Shown here: positions 26,328 to 36,225 of the stretch, piece by piece
Numbering within the stretch: the first letter of the stretch is position 1
Layout: every line of letters begins with the position of its first letter
Made by a program: the position numbers and the translations under genes
Notes under the pieces: model-generated
The model's input: only the letters and a program-made list of their open reading frames with translations
Database searches by the model: none
Told to the model about the DNA's origin: nothing
Assembly (NCBI GenBank): GCA_021816955.1
Contig: JAKAWP010000001.1
Coordinates: 10,290-74,289, forward strand
DNA length: 64,000 bases
Origin: Thermoplasmata archaeon
GTDB taxonomy: Archaea; Thermoplasmatota; Thermoplasmata; Lutacidiplasmatales; UBA184
Reading direction: 5' to 3'

Positions 26328-28493
26328 ATGCCCCGTCGGAACCGTTCGCCGCCCGCCCCGCCGCTCCTCCGCGAGTTGTTTACCCCGGCCTCCGTCGCGG
26401 TCGTGGGCGCGTCGAACCGCCCCGGGGCGGTCGGCACGGCGCTGATGCGCAACCTCCTCGCGGCCGGCTACCGCGGCGTGGCGTACCCGGTCAATCCGTC
26501 GTGGAAGAGCGTCTCGGGCGTCCGGTGCTACCCGGATGTCGACGCGCTCCCCGAAGCTCCCGAACTCGGCATCGTGATCGTGCCGGCGGCTCGCGTCGCG
26601 GAGGTTGTGCGCGCCCTCGGTCGGCGCGGCACCCGGGGGGTGATCATCATCTCGTCCGGCTTTCGGGAGGTCGGCGGCGCCGGCGTCGCCCGCGAGCAGA
26701 CGGTCGTGGAGGTCGCCCGCCGCTACCGCATGTCGCTCGTCGGGCCGAACTGCTTCGGGGTGCTGAACACGGACCCCGCGGTGAGCCTCAACGCCACGTT
26801 CAGCGAGAGCCTGCCTCCGCGCGGGTCGATCGCGTTCGTCTCCCAGAGCGGAGCGCTCTGCGCGGGCATCCTCCAGTACGGGATCAGCGAGCGGATCGGG
26901 TTCTCCCGGTTCGTGAGCGTCGGCAACCGGGCCGGCGTCGACGAAAACGACCTTCTCGCCGCCTTGGCGAACGACGAGTCGACGCGCGTGATCTTGCTCT
27001 ACGTGGAGAGCTTGGCGGACGGCCGACGCTTCCTCGCCGAGGCGCGCGAGGTGACGCCGCGCAAGCCGATCTTGGTCATCAAGAGCGGCCGCACGCCCGC
27101 CGGCGAGCGCGCGGCCCAGAGCCACACCGGCTCGCTCGCCGACTCGGCCCGGGACGCGCTGTTTGACGCCCTCTTCGAGCAGAGCGGGGTGCTTCGGATG
27201 GAATCGATCGGGGAGTTGTTCCGGGCCGCCCGACTGTTCAGCTCGTCGTTGCGGTTCCGGGGTCCGCGGCTCGCCATCCTGACGAATTCGGGCGGACCGG
27301 GGATCGTCGCGGCGGACGCCGCGACGCGCCACGGTTTTTCGCTCAGTCGCCTGTCGGCCCGGACGGCGGCGCGGATCCGCGAGCGGTTGTCGCCGTCCGC
27401 GTCGATCGCCAACCCGCTCGACATGACGGCGGACGCCACCGCCGATCAGTACTCCGTCGCCTTGCGCGGGCTGCTCGGAGAGCCGACGGTCGACGGAGCG
27501 TTTGTCATTGCGACGCCGACCGGCACCCTCACCGGCCGCGCCGCCGCCGAGGCGATCCTCCGCGGGCGCGGGCGACGTTCAAAGCCGATCGCAGCGTGCC
27601 TGTTCGGTCTCACCGACCTCTCCCAGGACGTCGGCTTCCTCGAGGCGGCCGGCGTTCCGACGTTCACCTTTCCCGAGGAAGGGATCCAGGCGCTCTCCGC
27701 CCTGGCCCGCTATGCGGAGCGCGTGCGCGAGCCGCCGGAGAAGCCGCGGCGATTTCCCGTCGACCGCGGACGGGCGGACGCGGCGTTGGCCCGGGCCGAG
27801 TCGCTGGGCACCTCGGTGCTGCCCCCGACCCTCGCCCGGGAGCTCCTCGAGGCGTACGGTATCCGATTTCCCCCGAGCCGGCTCGTCCGATCGGCCGAGG
27901 CGGCCGTCGCGGCCGCCGAGGCGATCGGCTACCCCGTGGTCCTCAAGGTCGCCTCGCCGGAGATCCCGCACAAGACCGACGTCGGGGGCGTGGCGCTTCA
28001 CCTGTCCGATGCGGCCGCCGTCCGACGGGCGTGGAATGAGATGCAGCAAGCCCTCGCCCGCCGGGCGCCCCACGCCCGACGGGACACGTTCGAGATCGAG
28101 CCGATGGTCACGGGCGGGCCGGAACTTTTGGTCGGGGTCCAGCGCGAACCGACCTTCGGCCCGGTGCTCGCCTTCGGCCTCGGTGGCGTCTACGTCGAGG
28201 TGCTGCGGGACGTCACGTTCCGGCTCGCCCCGATCGACGAACGGGAAGCGCGGCAGTGGGTGGCGAGCGCGACCGCGTACCCGTTGCTGCGCGGCGTCCG
28301 AGGCGAGCCACCGCGCGACATAGCGGCGGTCAGCGAGGCGCTCGAGCGCGTCTCCCAGCTGAGTGTCGAGCGGCCCGAGGTCCTCGAGCTCGACCTGAAC
28401 CCCTTGGTCCCGCGGCCGCGGGGCCGCGGCGTGATCGCCCTCGACGCGCGGGTCGTCGTTCGTCGGTCTTCCAGATCGGGACGCCGTGCTTGA
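26328..28493 (+). CDS. ADP-forming acetyl-CoA synthetase, fused alpha-beta (NDP-forming acyl-CoA synthetase)
   Basis: CoA-binding VAVVGASNRPG, succinyl-CoA-synthetase-like flavodoxin domains, C-terminal ATP-grasp; 721 aa. Confidence 0.75.
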   Translation: MPRRNRSPPAPPLLRELFTPASVAVVGASNRPGAVGTALMRNLLAAGYRGVAYPVNPSWKSVSGVRCYPDVDALPEAPELGIVIVPAARVAEVVRALGRRGTRGVIIISSGFREVGGAGVAREQTVVEVARRYRMSLVGPNCFGVLNTDPAVSLNATFSESLPPRGSIAFVSQSGALCAGILQYGISERIGFSRFVSVGNRAGVDENDLLAALANDESTRVILLYVESLADGRRFLAEAREVTPRKPILVIKSGRTPAGERAAQSHTGSLADSARDALFDALFEQSGVLRMESIGELFRAARLFSSSLRFRGPRLAILTNSGGPGIVAADAATRHGFSLSRLSARTAARIRERLSPSASIANPLDMTADATADQYSVALRGLLGEPTVDGAFVIATPTGTLTGRAAAEAILRGRGRRSKPIAACLFGLTDLSQDVGFLEAAGVPTFTFPEEGIQALSALARYAERVREPPEKPRRFPVDRGRADAALARAESLGTSVLPPTLARELLEAYGIRFPPSRLVRSAEAAVAAAEAIGYPVVLKVASPEIPHKTDVGGVALHLSDAAAVRRAWNEMQQALARRAPHARRDTFEIEPMVTGGPELLVGVQREPTFGPVLAFGLGGVYVEVLRDVTFRLAPIDEREARQWVASATAYPLLRGVRGEPPRDIAAVSEALERVSQLSVERPEVLELDLNPLVPRPRGRGVIALDARVVVRRSSRSGRRA

Positions 28494-28839
28494 GCTGCTC
28501 GATCAGATAGCGCGCGGCTCGGAACGCCTCGGCCCGGTGCGGCGCGGCCGCTCCCACCACGACCGCGACCTCGCCGGCCGCGACACGTCCGATCCGGTGC
28601 CAGAGGAGCGGCGCTACCCCCGGCCAGCGGTCGACGGCCCGATGAGCGAGCGCGGCCATCGTCCGCTCGGCGAGCGCCCGATCGGCCTCGTAGTACAGGG
28701 CTCGCACCGGCCCCCCGCGGCCCGGGTCCGGCCGGACCTTGCCGACGAACAGGCAGACCCCTCCGCCGGGTTTCGCGAGGAGGAAGGCGACGGCCTCGCG
28801 GAGGGAGAAAGGGCGTCGACGCAACTCGACCGGGCGCAC
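28330..28839 (-). CDS. moaE: Molybdopterin synthase catalytic subunit MoaE with basic C-terminal tail
   Basis: VCLFVGKVRPD...LYYEA...AAPHRAEAFRAARYLIEQLKHGVPIWK; tail overlaps the 3' end of the convergent acetyl-CoA synthetase gene by about 160 bp. Confidence 0.7.
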   Translation of the reverse strand: MRPVELRRRPFSLREAVAFLLAKPGGGVCLFVGKVRPDPGRGGPVRALYYEADRALAERTMAALAHRAVDRWPGVAPLLWHRIGRVAAGEVAVVVGAAAPHRAEAFRAARYLIEQLKHGVPIWKTDERRPARRGRSRRGPAAAGPRGSGRARGPRAARHSAGRRARAPR

Positions 28840-28844
28840 GACCT

Positions 28845-29102
28845 CTAGCCCCCGCTGTACGGCGGATGAATCGCCAGCACGTCGCCCGCGCGGAGCCGCC
28901 GGGTACGTCGGGTCACGTACGTTTCGTTCACGACGAGCCGCGCATGCGCGAGGACGGGACGCAGGGCCGGATACCGGTCCCGAAGGACGTTCACGGCGTC
29001 GGCGACCGTCGGGGCGTCCGCGAGGGAGAGCGTCAGTCGCGGGCGGCCGACGGCTTCCCGAGCTTGGGCGAAGAGTACGACCCGGATCCCGCGAGCGGCC
29101 AC
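28845..29102 (-). CDS. moaD: MoaD/ThiS-type sulfur carrier
   Basis: 85 aa ending in Gly-Gly. Confidence 0.65.
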   Translation of the reverse strand: MAARGIRVVLFAQAREAVGRPRLTLSLADAPTVADAVNVLRDRYPALRPVLAHARLVVNETYVTRRTRRLRAGDVLAIHPPYSGG

Positions 29103-29154
29103 CGTTCGGCTACGGCACGGGACCTTTTGGCCTCACCGGGCGAGCGGCGACAAC

Positions 29155-29164
29155 CGATTAATAC
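29155..29164 (+). promoter_or_regulatory. TATA box for the OFOR operon
   Basis: GATTAATACG 27 bp upstream of ATG 29187. Confidence 0.5.
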
Positions 29165-29186
29165 GCACCGGCCCCTCGTTCTTCGG

Positions 29187-30941
29187 ATGACGGAGATTTC
29201 GGTACGGTTCGGGGGGGCCGCGGGGGACGGGATCGCCTCGCTCGGCGAGATGATCACCCGATCGTTCTCGCGTCGGGGACTTCACGCCATGGGCCTGAAC
29301 GCGTACCAATCGGTTATCCGGGGCGGGCACGTCTGGTTCCAGACCCGGGCGTCGACCGACCCGATCCACTCGCAGGGGGACGGCACCGACCTTCTGTACG
29401 CCCTCGACGCGCTCACGGTCGAGATTCACGCTCCCGAGGTCCGGCGCGGAGGGACGGTGATCTTCGATCCGGAGAAGTTCACGCTCCCCCGCGACCGAAT
29501 CCCGACGGGCGTTTCCGTCCTCGAGGTTCCGACCCTCGCGATCGCGCGCAAGTACTCGACCCAGGCGATCCTGCAGAACGCCGCCGGCCTCGGCGCCGCG
29601 GCCGCGCTCGCGGGCGTTCCGTGGGCGACGCTGCACGACGTGATCCAAGACTCGTTCGGGAGGAAGTCCGACAACGTCGTGCAATGGAACCTCGGGGCGA
29701 GCGAGGACGGCTATCGCTACGCCCTCGAGCACGCCGCGGTCCACGACCGCGCTCCCGCCGGTGGGGGAGCGGCGAAGCTCGTTCTCACCGGCAACCAAGC
29801 GATCGCGTTAGGGGCCGCGGCGGCCGGCTGCAAGTTCCTCAGCCAGTACCCGATGACGCCCGCCTCGTCGATCATGCATTGGATGGCCGCCCACTCCCGG
29901 GCGCTCGGGATCGTGGTGAAGCAGGCGGAAGACGAGCTCGCCGCGATCAACATGGCGATCGGCGCGTCGTTCGGAGGGGTCCGGGCGATGACCGCGACGA
30001 GCGGGGGCGGGTTTGCCCTCATGGTGGAGGCGCTCGGGATGGCCGGGATGACCGAAACCCCGCTCGTCGTCGTCGAGTCGCAGCGCTCCGGCCCATCGAC
30101 CGGCCTTCCCACGAAGACCGAGCAGGGCGATCTCAACCTGATGCTCGGCGCGGGACAAGGCGAGTTCCCGCGGGCGATCTTGGCCCCGGCCGACCCGGCC
30201 GAGGCGTACCGGGCCGCGATCCGGGCGTTCGAGCTCGCCGAAGCGTTCCAGACGCCGGTCCTGCTCGCGAGCGATCTCCACCTCTCCGAAAGCTACTTCA
30301 CGGTCGACCGCGAGGCGATCGCGCTTCCGCCGGATCCCCCGTCGCTCTTCACCGTGGCCGAGAACGGTCATGAGTACCGCCGCTACGAGATCACCCCCTC
30401 GGGCGTGTCGCCGCGCGCGCTCCCCGGCCAGCCGGGCCTGCAGTTCGTGGCCGGGTCGGACGAACACGACGAGTGGGGCCACCTGATCTCCGACGTCCGC
30501 AGCGGGGTGCCCGAAGGGGTGGCGAAGCGCGTGGAGATGATGGACAAGCGGATGCGAAAGCTGCGGGGGCTGGCGGACGCGGCGCCGACCCCGTTCGTGG
30601 AGGGACCGGTACCGGCCGAGCTCACGATCGTCGCGTGGGGGTCGAGCGTCGGTCCGGTCCGGGACGCGGTGGCAAACCTGAGGGCCGAAGGGATCGTCGC
30701 GAACGTGCTGCGGGTGCCGACCGTCTACCCGCTCCAGGTCGAAGCGCTCGTTCCGCTGCTCCGGGCGGCGCGTCGCACCCTGCTCGTCGAGCTCAATTAC
30801 TCCGGCCAGTTCGGTCGTCTCGTGCGCGCGGAGACCGGGATCGAGCTGCCCGAGCGACTGTTGAAGTACGACGGGGAACCGCTCTATCCCCGCGAGATCG
30901 TCGCCCGCGCGAAGGAGGTCGTTCGAGCCCATGGCGGATAG
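29187..30941 (+). CDS. 2-oxoacid:ferredoxin oxidoreductase alpha (fused gamma-alpha) subunit
   Basis: N-terminal gamma-like RFGGAAGDGIASLGEMI then alpha-domain motifs; 584 aa. Confidence 0.8.
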   Translation: MTEISVRFGGAAGDGIASLGEMITRSFSRRGLHAMGLNAYQSVIRGGHVWFQTRASTDPIHSQGDGTDLLYALDALTVEIHAPEVRRGGTVIFDPEKFTLPRDRIPTGVSVLEVPTLAIARKYSTQAILQNAAGLGAAAALAGVPWATLHDVIQDSFGRKSDNVVQWNLGASEDGYRYALEHAAVHDRAPAGGGAAKLVLTGNQAIALGAAAAGCKFLSQYPMTPASSIMHWMAAHSRALGIVVKQAEDELAAINMAIGASFGGVRAMTATSGGGFALMVEALGMAGMTETPLVVVESQRSGPSTGLPTKTEQGDLNLMLGAGQGEFPRAILAPADPAEAYRAAIRAFELAEAFQTPVLLASDLHLSESYFTVDREAIALPPDPPSLFTVAENGHEYRRYEITPSGVSPRALPGQPGLQFVAGSDEHDEWGHLISDVRSGVPEGVAKRVEMMDKRMRKLRGLADAAPTPFVEGPVPAELTIVAWGSSVGPVRDAVANLRAEGIVANVLRVPTVYPLQVEALVPLLRAARRTLLVELNYSGQFGRLVRAETGIELPERLLKYDGEPLYPREIVARAKEVVRAHGG

Positions 30942-31830
30942 CGGCGCCGTGGCCGCCGTCCCGACGACGGACCATCCGCTGCCCCTCGTCGGGAAGTCGA
31001 CGGTCAAACCGACGTGGTGCCCCGGCTGCGGCGACTACGGGGTCGTGGCGGCGATCGAGATGGCGGTCAAGCGGCTGCGCTTGCCGAGTCACGAGGTCGT
31101 CATCGTCTCGGGGATCGGCTGCTCGTCGAACTTGCCGCACTTTCTCTCCGCCTACGGGTTCCACGGCATCCACGGCCGGGTCCTTCCGGTCGCCGAGGGG
31201 ATCCGGTGGGCGAACCACGAACTCACCGTCATCGGGACGGGCGGGGACGGCGACGGGTTCGGCATCGGCTGCGGCCACTTCGTCCACGCGATGCGGCGCA
31301 ACGTCAAGATCTGCTACGTGACGATGGACAACGAGATCTACGGCCTCACGACCGGCCAGGCCAGCCCGACGTCCGAGCTCGGCCACCGGACGAAGTCGAC
31401 CCCGTTCGGAGTGATCGAGCGCCCGATCGACCCGATCGCGCTCGCGCTCGCGAGCGGGGCGACGTACGTCGCTCGGGGGTTCTCGGGGGACGTGAAGCAC
31501 TTGGCCGACCTCGTCGCGAACGGCCTCACGCACCGCGGCTTCGCGTTCGTCGACGTGATGAGCCCGTGCGTGACGTACAACAAGATCAACACGTTCGATT
31601 TCTTCCGCCAGCGCGTCTACAAGCTCGAAAGTGCGGGCCACGACCCGTCCGATTTGGTCGCGGCGTGGCAGCGGGCGCTCGAGTGGGGCGAGAAGATCCC
31701 GATCGGCCTGTTCTACAAGACCGACCGGCCGACCTACGAGGAGCTCGAGGAGGTCTTGTCGGCCGGACCGCTCGCCCGGCAACCGGCGGGACTCCGCGCA
31801 CATCCCGAGATCCTGGACGAGTTCGTCTGA
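30931..31830 (+). CDS. 2-oxoacid:ferredoxin oxidoreductase beta (TPP-binding) subunit
   Basis: WCPGCGDYG and GIGCSS TPP-subunit motifs. Confidence 0.8.
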   Translation: MADSGAVAAVPTTDHPLPLVGKSTVKPTWCPGCGDYGVVAAIEMAVKRLRLPSHEVVIVSGIGCSSNLPHFLSAYGFHGIHGRVLPVAEGIRWANHELTVIGTGGDGDGFGIGCGHFVHAMRRNVKICYVTMDNEIYGLTTGQASPTSELGHRTKSTPFGVIERPIDPIALALASGATYVARGFSGDVKHLADLVANGLTHRGFAFVDVMSPCVTYNKINTFDFFRQRVYKLESAGHDPSDLVAAWQRALEWGEKIPIGLFYKTDRPTYEELEEVLSAGPLARQPAGLRAHPEILDEFV

Positions 31831-31965
31831 GCGAGGAGCGAACGGCCGGCCCGGGCGGGGCCGTCTCCTCCGTTTCCCGGCGCGGGCGCTCGAGCGCGGC
31901 CCCCGGTCGACCTTTGCCACCGACGGGGAAGTATTTTGTGCTCGGAGCACGCCGGGCGCAGGGGG

Positions 31966-33552
31966 ATGACCACGGCCGATCGTCGTACGACCCTCGATTC
32001 CGGACTCGCCTCGGTCACGCGTGGGACCGTCCTGCTCTTCGTGGCGTCGCTCCTGTTCATCGCGTTCACCTTCGTCTGGCGCGTGGTGCTCGTCCGCACC
32101 CTCGCCCCGGTCGACTGGAGCGTCTTTTCGCTCGGGCTCGCCTACGCGGGGCTGTTCTCTTCGGTCGGAGGGCTCGGTCTCGGAAACACGCTCGCCCGGA
32201 ACATCCCGTACGCCCGCGACGACGACGAGCGACGCGCGATCGTGCGGGGGGCACTCGGCGTGGGAGCGCTCGCCGCGGCCCTTTCGGGCGTCGGGATGTT
32301 CGTGGTCGGCCAGTACGTCGGCGCGACCGTCGGCTCCTCGCTGGTCACCGAATCGCTCGAACTGTTCAGCCTGTCGGTCGCGTTCTCGGTGTTCGCCGGC
32401 ATCCTCGTCTCGGTCTTCCAAGGGTACGAGGACGTCGGGCCGAACGCCTACTTCCTCCAGATCGGAAACCCGCTGTTGTTCCTCGTCTTTCTGGCCGTGC
32501 TGGCCGCGGTCCCGTCGTTGCCCTACTCGTTTTTGACCGCTCTCTGGGCGTACGTGCTCGCGAGCGCGGGGGTGCTCGGCCTCACCGTCCTCTACACCGT
32601 GCGCCACCTCCCTCGCCGGCTTTCGCCCGGTCCGCGCGCGCCCGGGATGCTTGCCCCGACGCTCGCCTTCGCCCTGCCGCTCCTGTTCGTCGCCGTGTCG
32701 GGCTACGTCGCCGGCTACGGCGACACCCTGGTCCTCGGCGCGTACAGCGTCATCGAGGTCGGAACCTACGCGGCGTCGCTGTCGATGGCCCGCCTCCTCA
32801 CGATCGGGGTGGGCGCGCTCTCGTTCATCTTCCTCCCGGTCGCGTCGCGCTACTACGCCCAACGCGACCTCGAGTCGATCCGGACGCTGTACGTCACCGC
32901 CACCAAGTGGATCGTGCTTGCTTCGCTCCCGTTCTTCCTCGTCTTCGTCTGGCGAGCGGGCAACTCGCTCGCGCTCGTCTACGGCAGCGCGTACGCGAGC
33001 AATCCGCTGCCGCTCGAGATCGTCACGACCGGGGCGTTCCTCTCCACGCTGGTCGGCCCCGCGGCGAGCGTCCAGGTCGCGTTCGGCCAAGGGCGGGCCC
33101 TCCTCGTGAACTCGGTCATCGCGGCCGTCGTCGACCTTCTCCTCGCGATCGTCCTCGTGCCGTCGTACGGGATCACGGGCGCGGCGATCGCTTGGGCGGC
33201 GTCCACCGCGGTCTACCCGGCGCTCTCCCTCCTCGAGATCGCGTGGTGGAACGGCGTCCACCCGTTCTACCTCCACTTCGGCCTCCCGCTCGCGGCGACG
33301 CTCGTCCCGCTCGGGATCCTGTTCGTCCTCCTGCCCGCGGGGCCGATCTGGACGCTGCCGCTGCTCGGGGGGCTCGCGGTCGTTTGGTTCGTCGGGGCGA
33401 CGATCGCGACCCGGTCGATCGATGAGGGGGACCGCCGGCTCCTCTACGCCGTCGAGGGGCTGCTCAAGGTGAGGCTCGGCCTCGTCCGCCGGCTCGGCCG
33501 CTTCGCCCTCCGCCCCGCTCAGCCGGACGATCGATCGGCCCGCGACCCTTAA
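31966..33552 (+). CDS. MOP-superfamily polysaccharide/oligosaccharide flippase (Wzx-like)
   Basis: About 14 TM helices, Wzx/MATE-like N-terminus. Confidence 0.5.
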   Translation: MTTADRRTTLDSGLASVTRGTVLLFVASLLFIAFTFVWRVVLVRTLAPVDWSVFSLGLAYAGLFSSVGGLGLGNTLARNIPYARDDDERRAIVRGALGVGALAAALSGVGMFVVGQYVGATVGSSLVTESLELFSLSVAFSVFAGILVSVFQGYEDVGPNAYFLQIGNPLLFLVFLAVLAAVPSLPYSFLTALWAYVLASAGVLGLTVLYTVRHLPRRLSPGPRAPGMLAPTLAFALPLLFVAVSGYVAGYGDTLVLGAYSVIEVGTYAASLSMARLLTIGVGALSFIFLPVASRYYAQRDLESIRTLYVTATKWIVLASLPFFLVFVWRAGNSLALVYGSAYASNPLPLEIVTTGAFLSTLVGPAASVQVAFGQGRALLVNSVIAAVVDLLLAIVLVPSYGITGAAIAWAASTAVYPALSLLEIAWWNGVHPFYLHFGLPLAATLVPLGILFVLLPAGPIWTLPLLGGLAVVWFVGATIATRSIDEGDRRLLYAVEGLLKVRLGLVRRLGRFALRPAQPDDRSARDP

Positions 33553-33576
33553 GAACCGCGGGAGGGTCGTTCGAAT

Positions 33577-33834
33577 GTGTCGTCTCGTGAGACCTCTCCC
33601 CCGGACGGACCCCGGCTACTCGACGAGCTGTACCGCGCCGTGGCGCGGGCCGATCCGAAGCCAACCGCGATCGAGGTCGGGGTTGCCCTCTCGATCGAGC
33701 TCGGCCGCCAGCGGCCGGCGGTCGCCTGCGGCGGCTGCTCGACCCCGCTCGAGGTCGCGGGGATCCCGGCGCGGACGAACATCCACCTCCGCGAGCCGTT
33801 CCGGCTCGTGTACGATCGCTCGACCGGGCGGTAG
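33577..33834 (+). CDS. Small hypothetical protein
   Basis: 85 aa, strong GC3 bias, CGGC motif. Confidence 0.3.
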   Translation: MSSRETSPPDGPRLLDELYRAVARADPKPTAIEVGVALSIELGRQRPAVACGGCSTPLEVAGIPARTNIHLREPFRLVYDRSTGR

Positions 33835-33873
33835 ATCCGTGCCGCCGCTCGTCCCCGGGGTGGTCGGGTCGCG

Positions 33874-34611
33874 ATGAGTTCGTTGCCGCTCGTCCAGACG
33901 ATCGTCAGTTTCGTCACGACGACGATGACGGTCATCGGGCTTCCCGGCCTGTTCGCCTTGATGGTGGTGGAGAGTTTCGGCCTTCCTCCGCTCCCGAGCG
34001 AGGTGATCCTGCCGTTCGCGGGGTTCCTCGTCGCGAAGGGGCCGTACTCGATGGTCGGCGCGGCGGCGGCGGCTCTCGCGGGCGGGCTCGTCGGCTCGTT
34101 TGTCGCGTACGCCGTGGGGTACTGGTTCCGCGGTCGGCTCACGGCCGTCGGGATCGGCCGGCTCCGGCTGAAGGAATCCGACCTCGCCCGCGTCGATCGT
34201 TGGTTCGACCGACACGGGGAAGGGACCGTCCTGGTCGGCCGGTTGCTGCCGGTGATCCGCGGGTACGTAAGCTACCCCGCGGGAGGGGCGCGGATGAACC
34301 TCGTCCGGTTCGGCGTCTTTACGTTCGTGGGCGCGCTGCCGTTCACGCTGGCGTTGATGTACGCCGGTGTCGTGCTCCGGTCGAATTGGGCGGTCGTCTC
34401 GACGTACTTCGACCTGCTCAACTACCTGTTGATCGCCCTCGTCATCGCCGCGGCGGTCTACCTGTGGCTCGCGGCGGTCGGAACGATCCGCTTCGGCTGG
34501 CCGTTCGGGTCGCGCCGGGCCCCACCGAACACCCCGGTCGAGGCGTCGCCGGCCCCCCGCGATCCCAACGAGCCGACCGGACCGATCCGCGGACGATCGC
34601 CGCCCCCGTAG
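33874..34611 (+). CDS. DedA/SNARE-associated family membrane protein
   Basis: ESFGLPPLPSEVILPFAGFL DedA motif. Confidence 0.7.
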   Translation: MSSLPLVQTIVSFVTTTMTVIGLPGLFALMVVESFGLPPLPSEVILPFAGFLVAKGPYSMVGAAAAALAGGLVGSFVAYAVGYWFRGRLTAVGIGRLRLKESDLARVDRWFDRHGEGTVLVGRLLPVIRGYVSYPAGGARMNLVRFGVFTFVGALPFTLALMYAGVVLRSNWAVVSTYFDLLNYLLIALVIAAAVYLWLAAVGTIRFGWPFGSRRAPPNTPVEASPAPRDPNEPTGPIRGRSPPP

Positions 34612-34632
34612 AAGCCAGCGCGCCCCGGTCGC

Positions 34633-35946
34633 TCATCGGCGTAGGGCCCCCGCGGGCTCGGGCGCCTCGTTGGTCGGGGGCTCTTCCCGGTAGCTCGGTC
34701 GAACGACCGAGCCATGCCGCTCCCCGAGGAACTCTCCCCCGCTCACGATCAGCGTTCCCCGGTGGTAATGCTCGGAGGGAAAGATCGCGGGCCAGCCTTC
34801 GTACGGCGTCCAGCCGCACGGCGCGTGGAGGCGGTCCGCGGCCAGCCGAACGACAGCTCGGAAATCGACGACGAGCAGGTTGGCGAGATGGCCGACCGCG
34901 AGGCGGCCGTGGGGACGCCCGAGCCACCGGGCCGGCCGGTCGGCGCCGGCGCTCTGGAGGACCGAAAGGGGCAGCCGTCCGTCCTTCACCGTTTGGAGGA
35001 GCAACGGGACCATCGTCTCGACGCCCGGAACGCCGCTCGGCGCGAGGGCAAACGGCCCGTCCTTCGCCGTGAGCGGATGGGGCGCGTGGTCGCTTGCGAG
35101 GATCGGTATGGCGCCCGCCGCGAACGCCTCCCAGAGCTGCGCGCGCTCGGCTTCGGAGCGGATCGGGGGGTTGACCTTCCATCGCCCCGTTCGGCAGCGG
35201 TCGGTGCTCGCGAGGAGGTGGTGGGGGGTTGCTTCGAACGAGACGCCCCGGTTTCGGAGCCGCTCGACCGTCGTCGGGCTCGTGACGTGCGCGATGTGGA
35301 GTCGCAGCGACGGAGGCGCTGGATCGACCCGGTCGATCCCGGCGAGCTCGGCCGCGACGGGCCGGGCGGCGTCCCACGCCGCGGTCGACGTCGGAGGAGG
35401 ACCTGGAACGAACTGACCCGGGTCCTCCGCGTGCACGACGAGCGGCAGCTCCGTCGAAGCGACGGCAGCGAGAACGGCGGGGATCATCTCGGGCTCGACC
35501 GGCGTGTCGAGCCCGGTCGTGGGACCGAGGTACAACTTGAACGAGCCGGCGAGTCGACCGAGTCGGGGGACCTCCGCGAGCCGCGTCGGGGTGGCGTACA
35601 CGACGAGGTCGACCGCGAGCCGTCCCGCGGCTCGCGCGATGCGCTCGTTCAGTCGGTCGACCCGGTCGGTTGGCGGCTCCGTGTTCGGCATGTCGCCGAC
35701 GAGCCCGACTCCTCCGAGGGCCGCCTGCACGGTGCCGTGCGCGACGTCTTCGGCGGCGTCCGGCGGGCCCGGTTCCCGGAAGTGGACGTGGAGGTCGGTG
35801 AAGCTGGGCAGGAGGACCTTCTCCCCATAGTCGCGGCGCGGCGCTCCCCGCAGATCTTTCGCGATCGCGGCGATGACGCCGTCGTCGTCGATCCCGATCT
35901 CGATCGGTTCGAGTCGTCCGCGCCAGAGCGCCCGGCCGGCGATCAC
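34633..35946 (-). CDS. pyrC: Dihydroorotase (cyclic amidohydrolase)
   Basis: LLPSFTDLHVHFREPG metal-binding motif; GTG 35946; the upstream part of track ORF 34633..37536 is antisense run-on. Confidence 0.7.
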   Translation of the reverse strand: MIAGRALWRGRLEPIEIGIDDDGVIAAIAKDLRGAPRRDYGEKVLLPSFTDLHVHFREPGPPDAAEDVAHGTVQAALGGVGLVGDMPNTEPPTDRVDRLNERIARAAGRLAVDLVVYATPTRLAEVPRLGRLAGSFKLYLGPTTGLDTPVEPEMIPAVLAAVASTELPLVVHAEDPGQFVPGPPPTSTAAWDAARPVAAELAGIDRVDPAPPSLRLHIAHVTSPTTVERLRNRGVSFEATPHHLLASTDRCRTGRWKVNPPIRSEAERAQLWEAFAAGAIPILASDHAPHPLTAKDGPFALAPSGVPGVETMVPLLLQTVKDGRLPLSVLQSAGADRPARWLGRPHGRLAVGHLANLLVVDFRAVVRLAADRLHAPCGWTPYEGWPAIFPSEHYHRGTLIVSGGEFLGERHGSVVRPSYREEPPTNEAPEPAGALRR

Positions 35947-36225
35947 CCGGCTCACCGAACGCGACGGCGGGCGACGATCGCCGGTGGCAGGGCGGCGCCG
36001 GGCGCCGGGCACGGCCGAGGCGAGCGACCCCGGCGTACTAATAGCCACCCCACCGGGGAACGGCGACCGGTCGACGGCTCTTTCGTTCGCTCGATACGCC
36101 GCTGGGAAGGTCCCGGAGGAGCGGCCGGTCCGCATCTCGACCCAAGCGACGGCGATCTCAACCGGTCCCCTCCGAGCGGCGCGCGCCGGCCGAAGCGCTT
36201 TTCCCGCCGGGTCTATCGTTCCCGC

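Noticed and set aside
36030-36050. AT-rich TACTAATAG between divergent pyrC and purM as a shared TATA box
   Set aside because: The distance to either start codon (about 95 and 185 bp) is longer than for the other promoters here. It may be real but is too uncertain to call.
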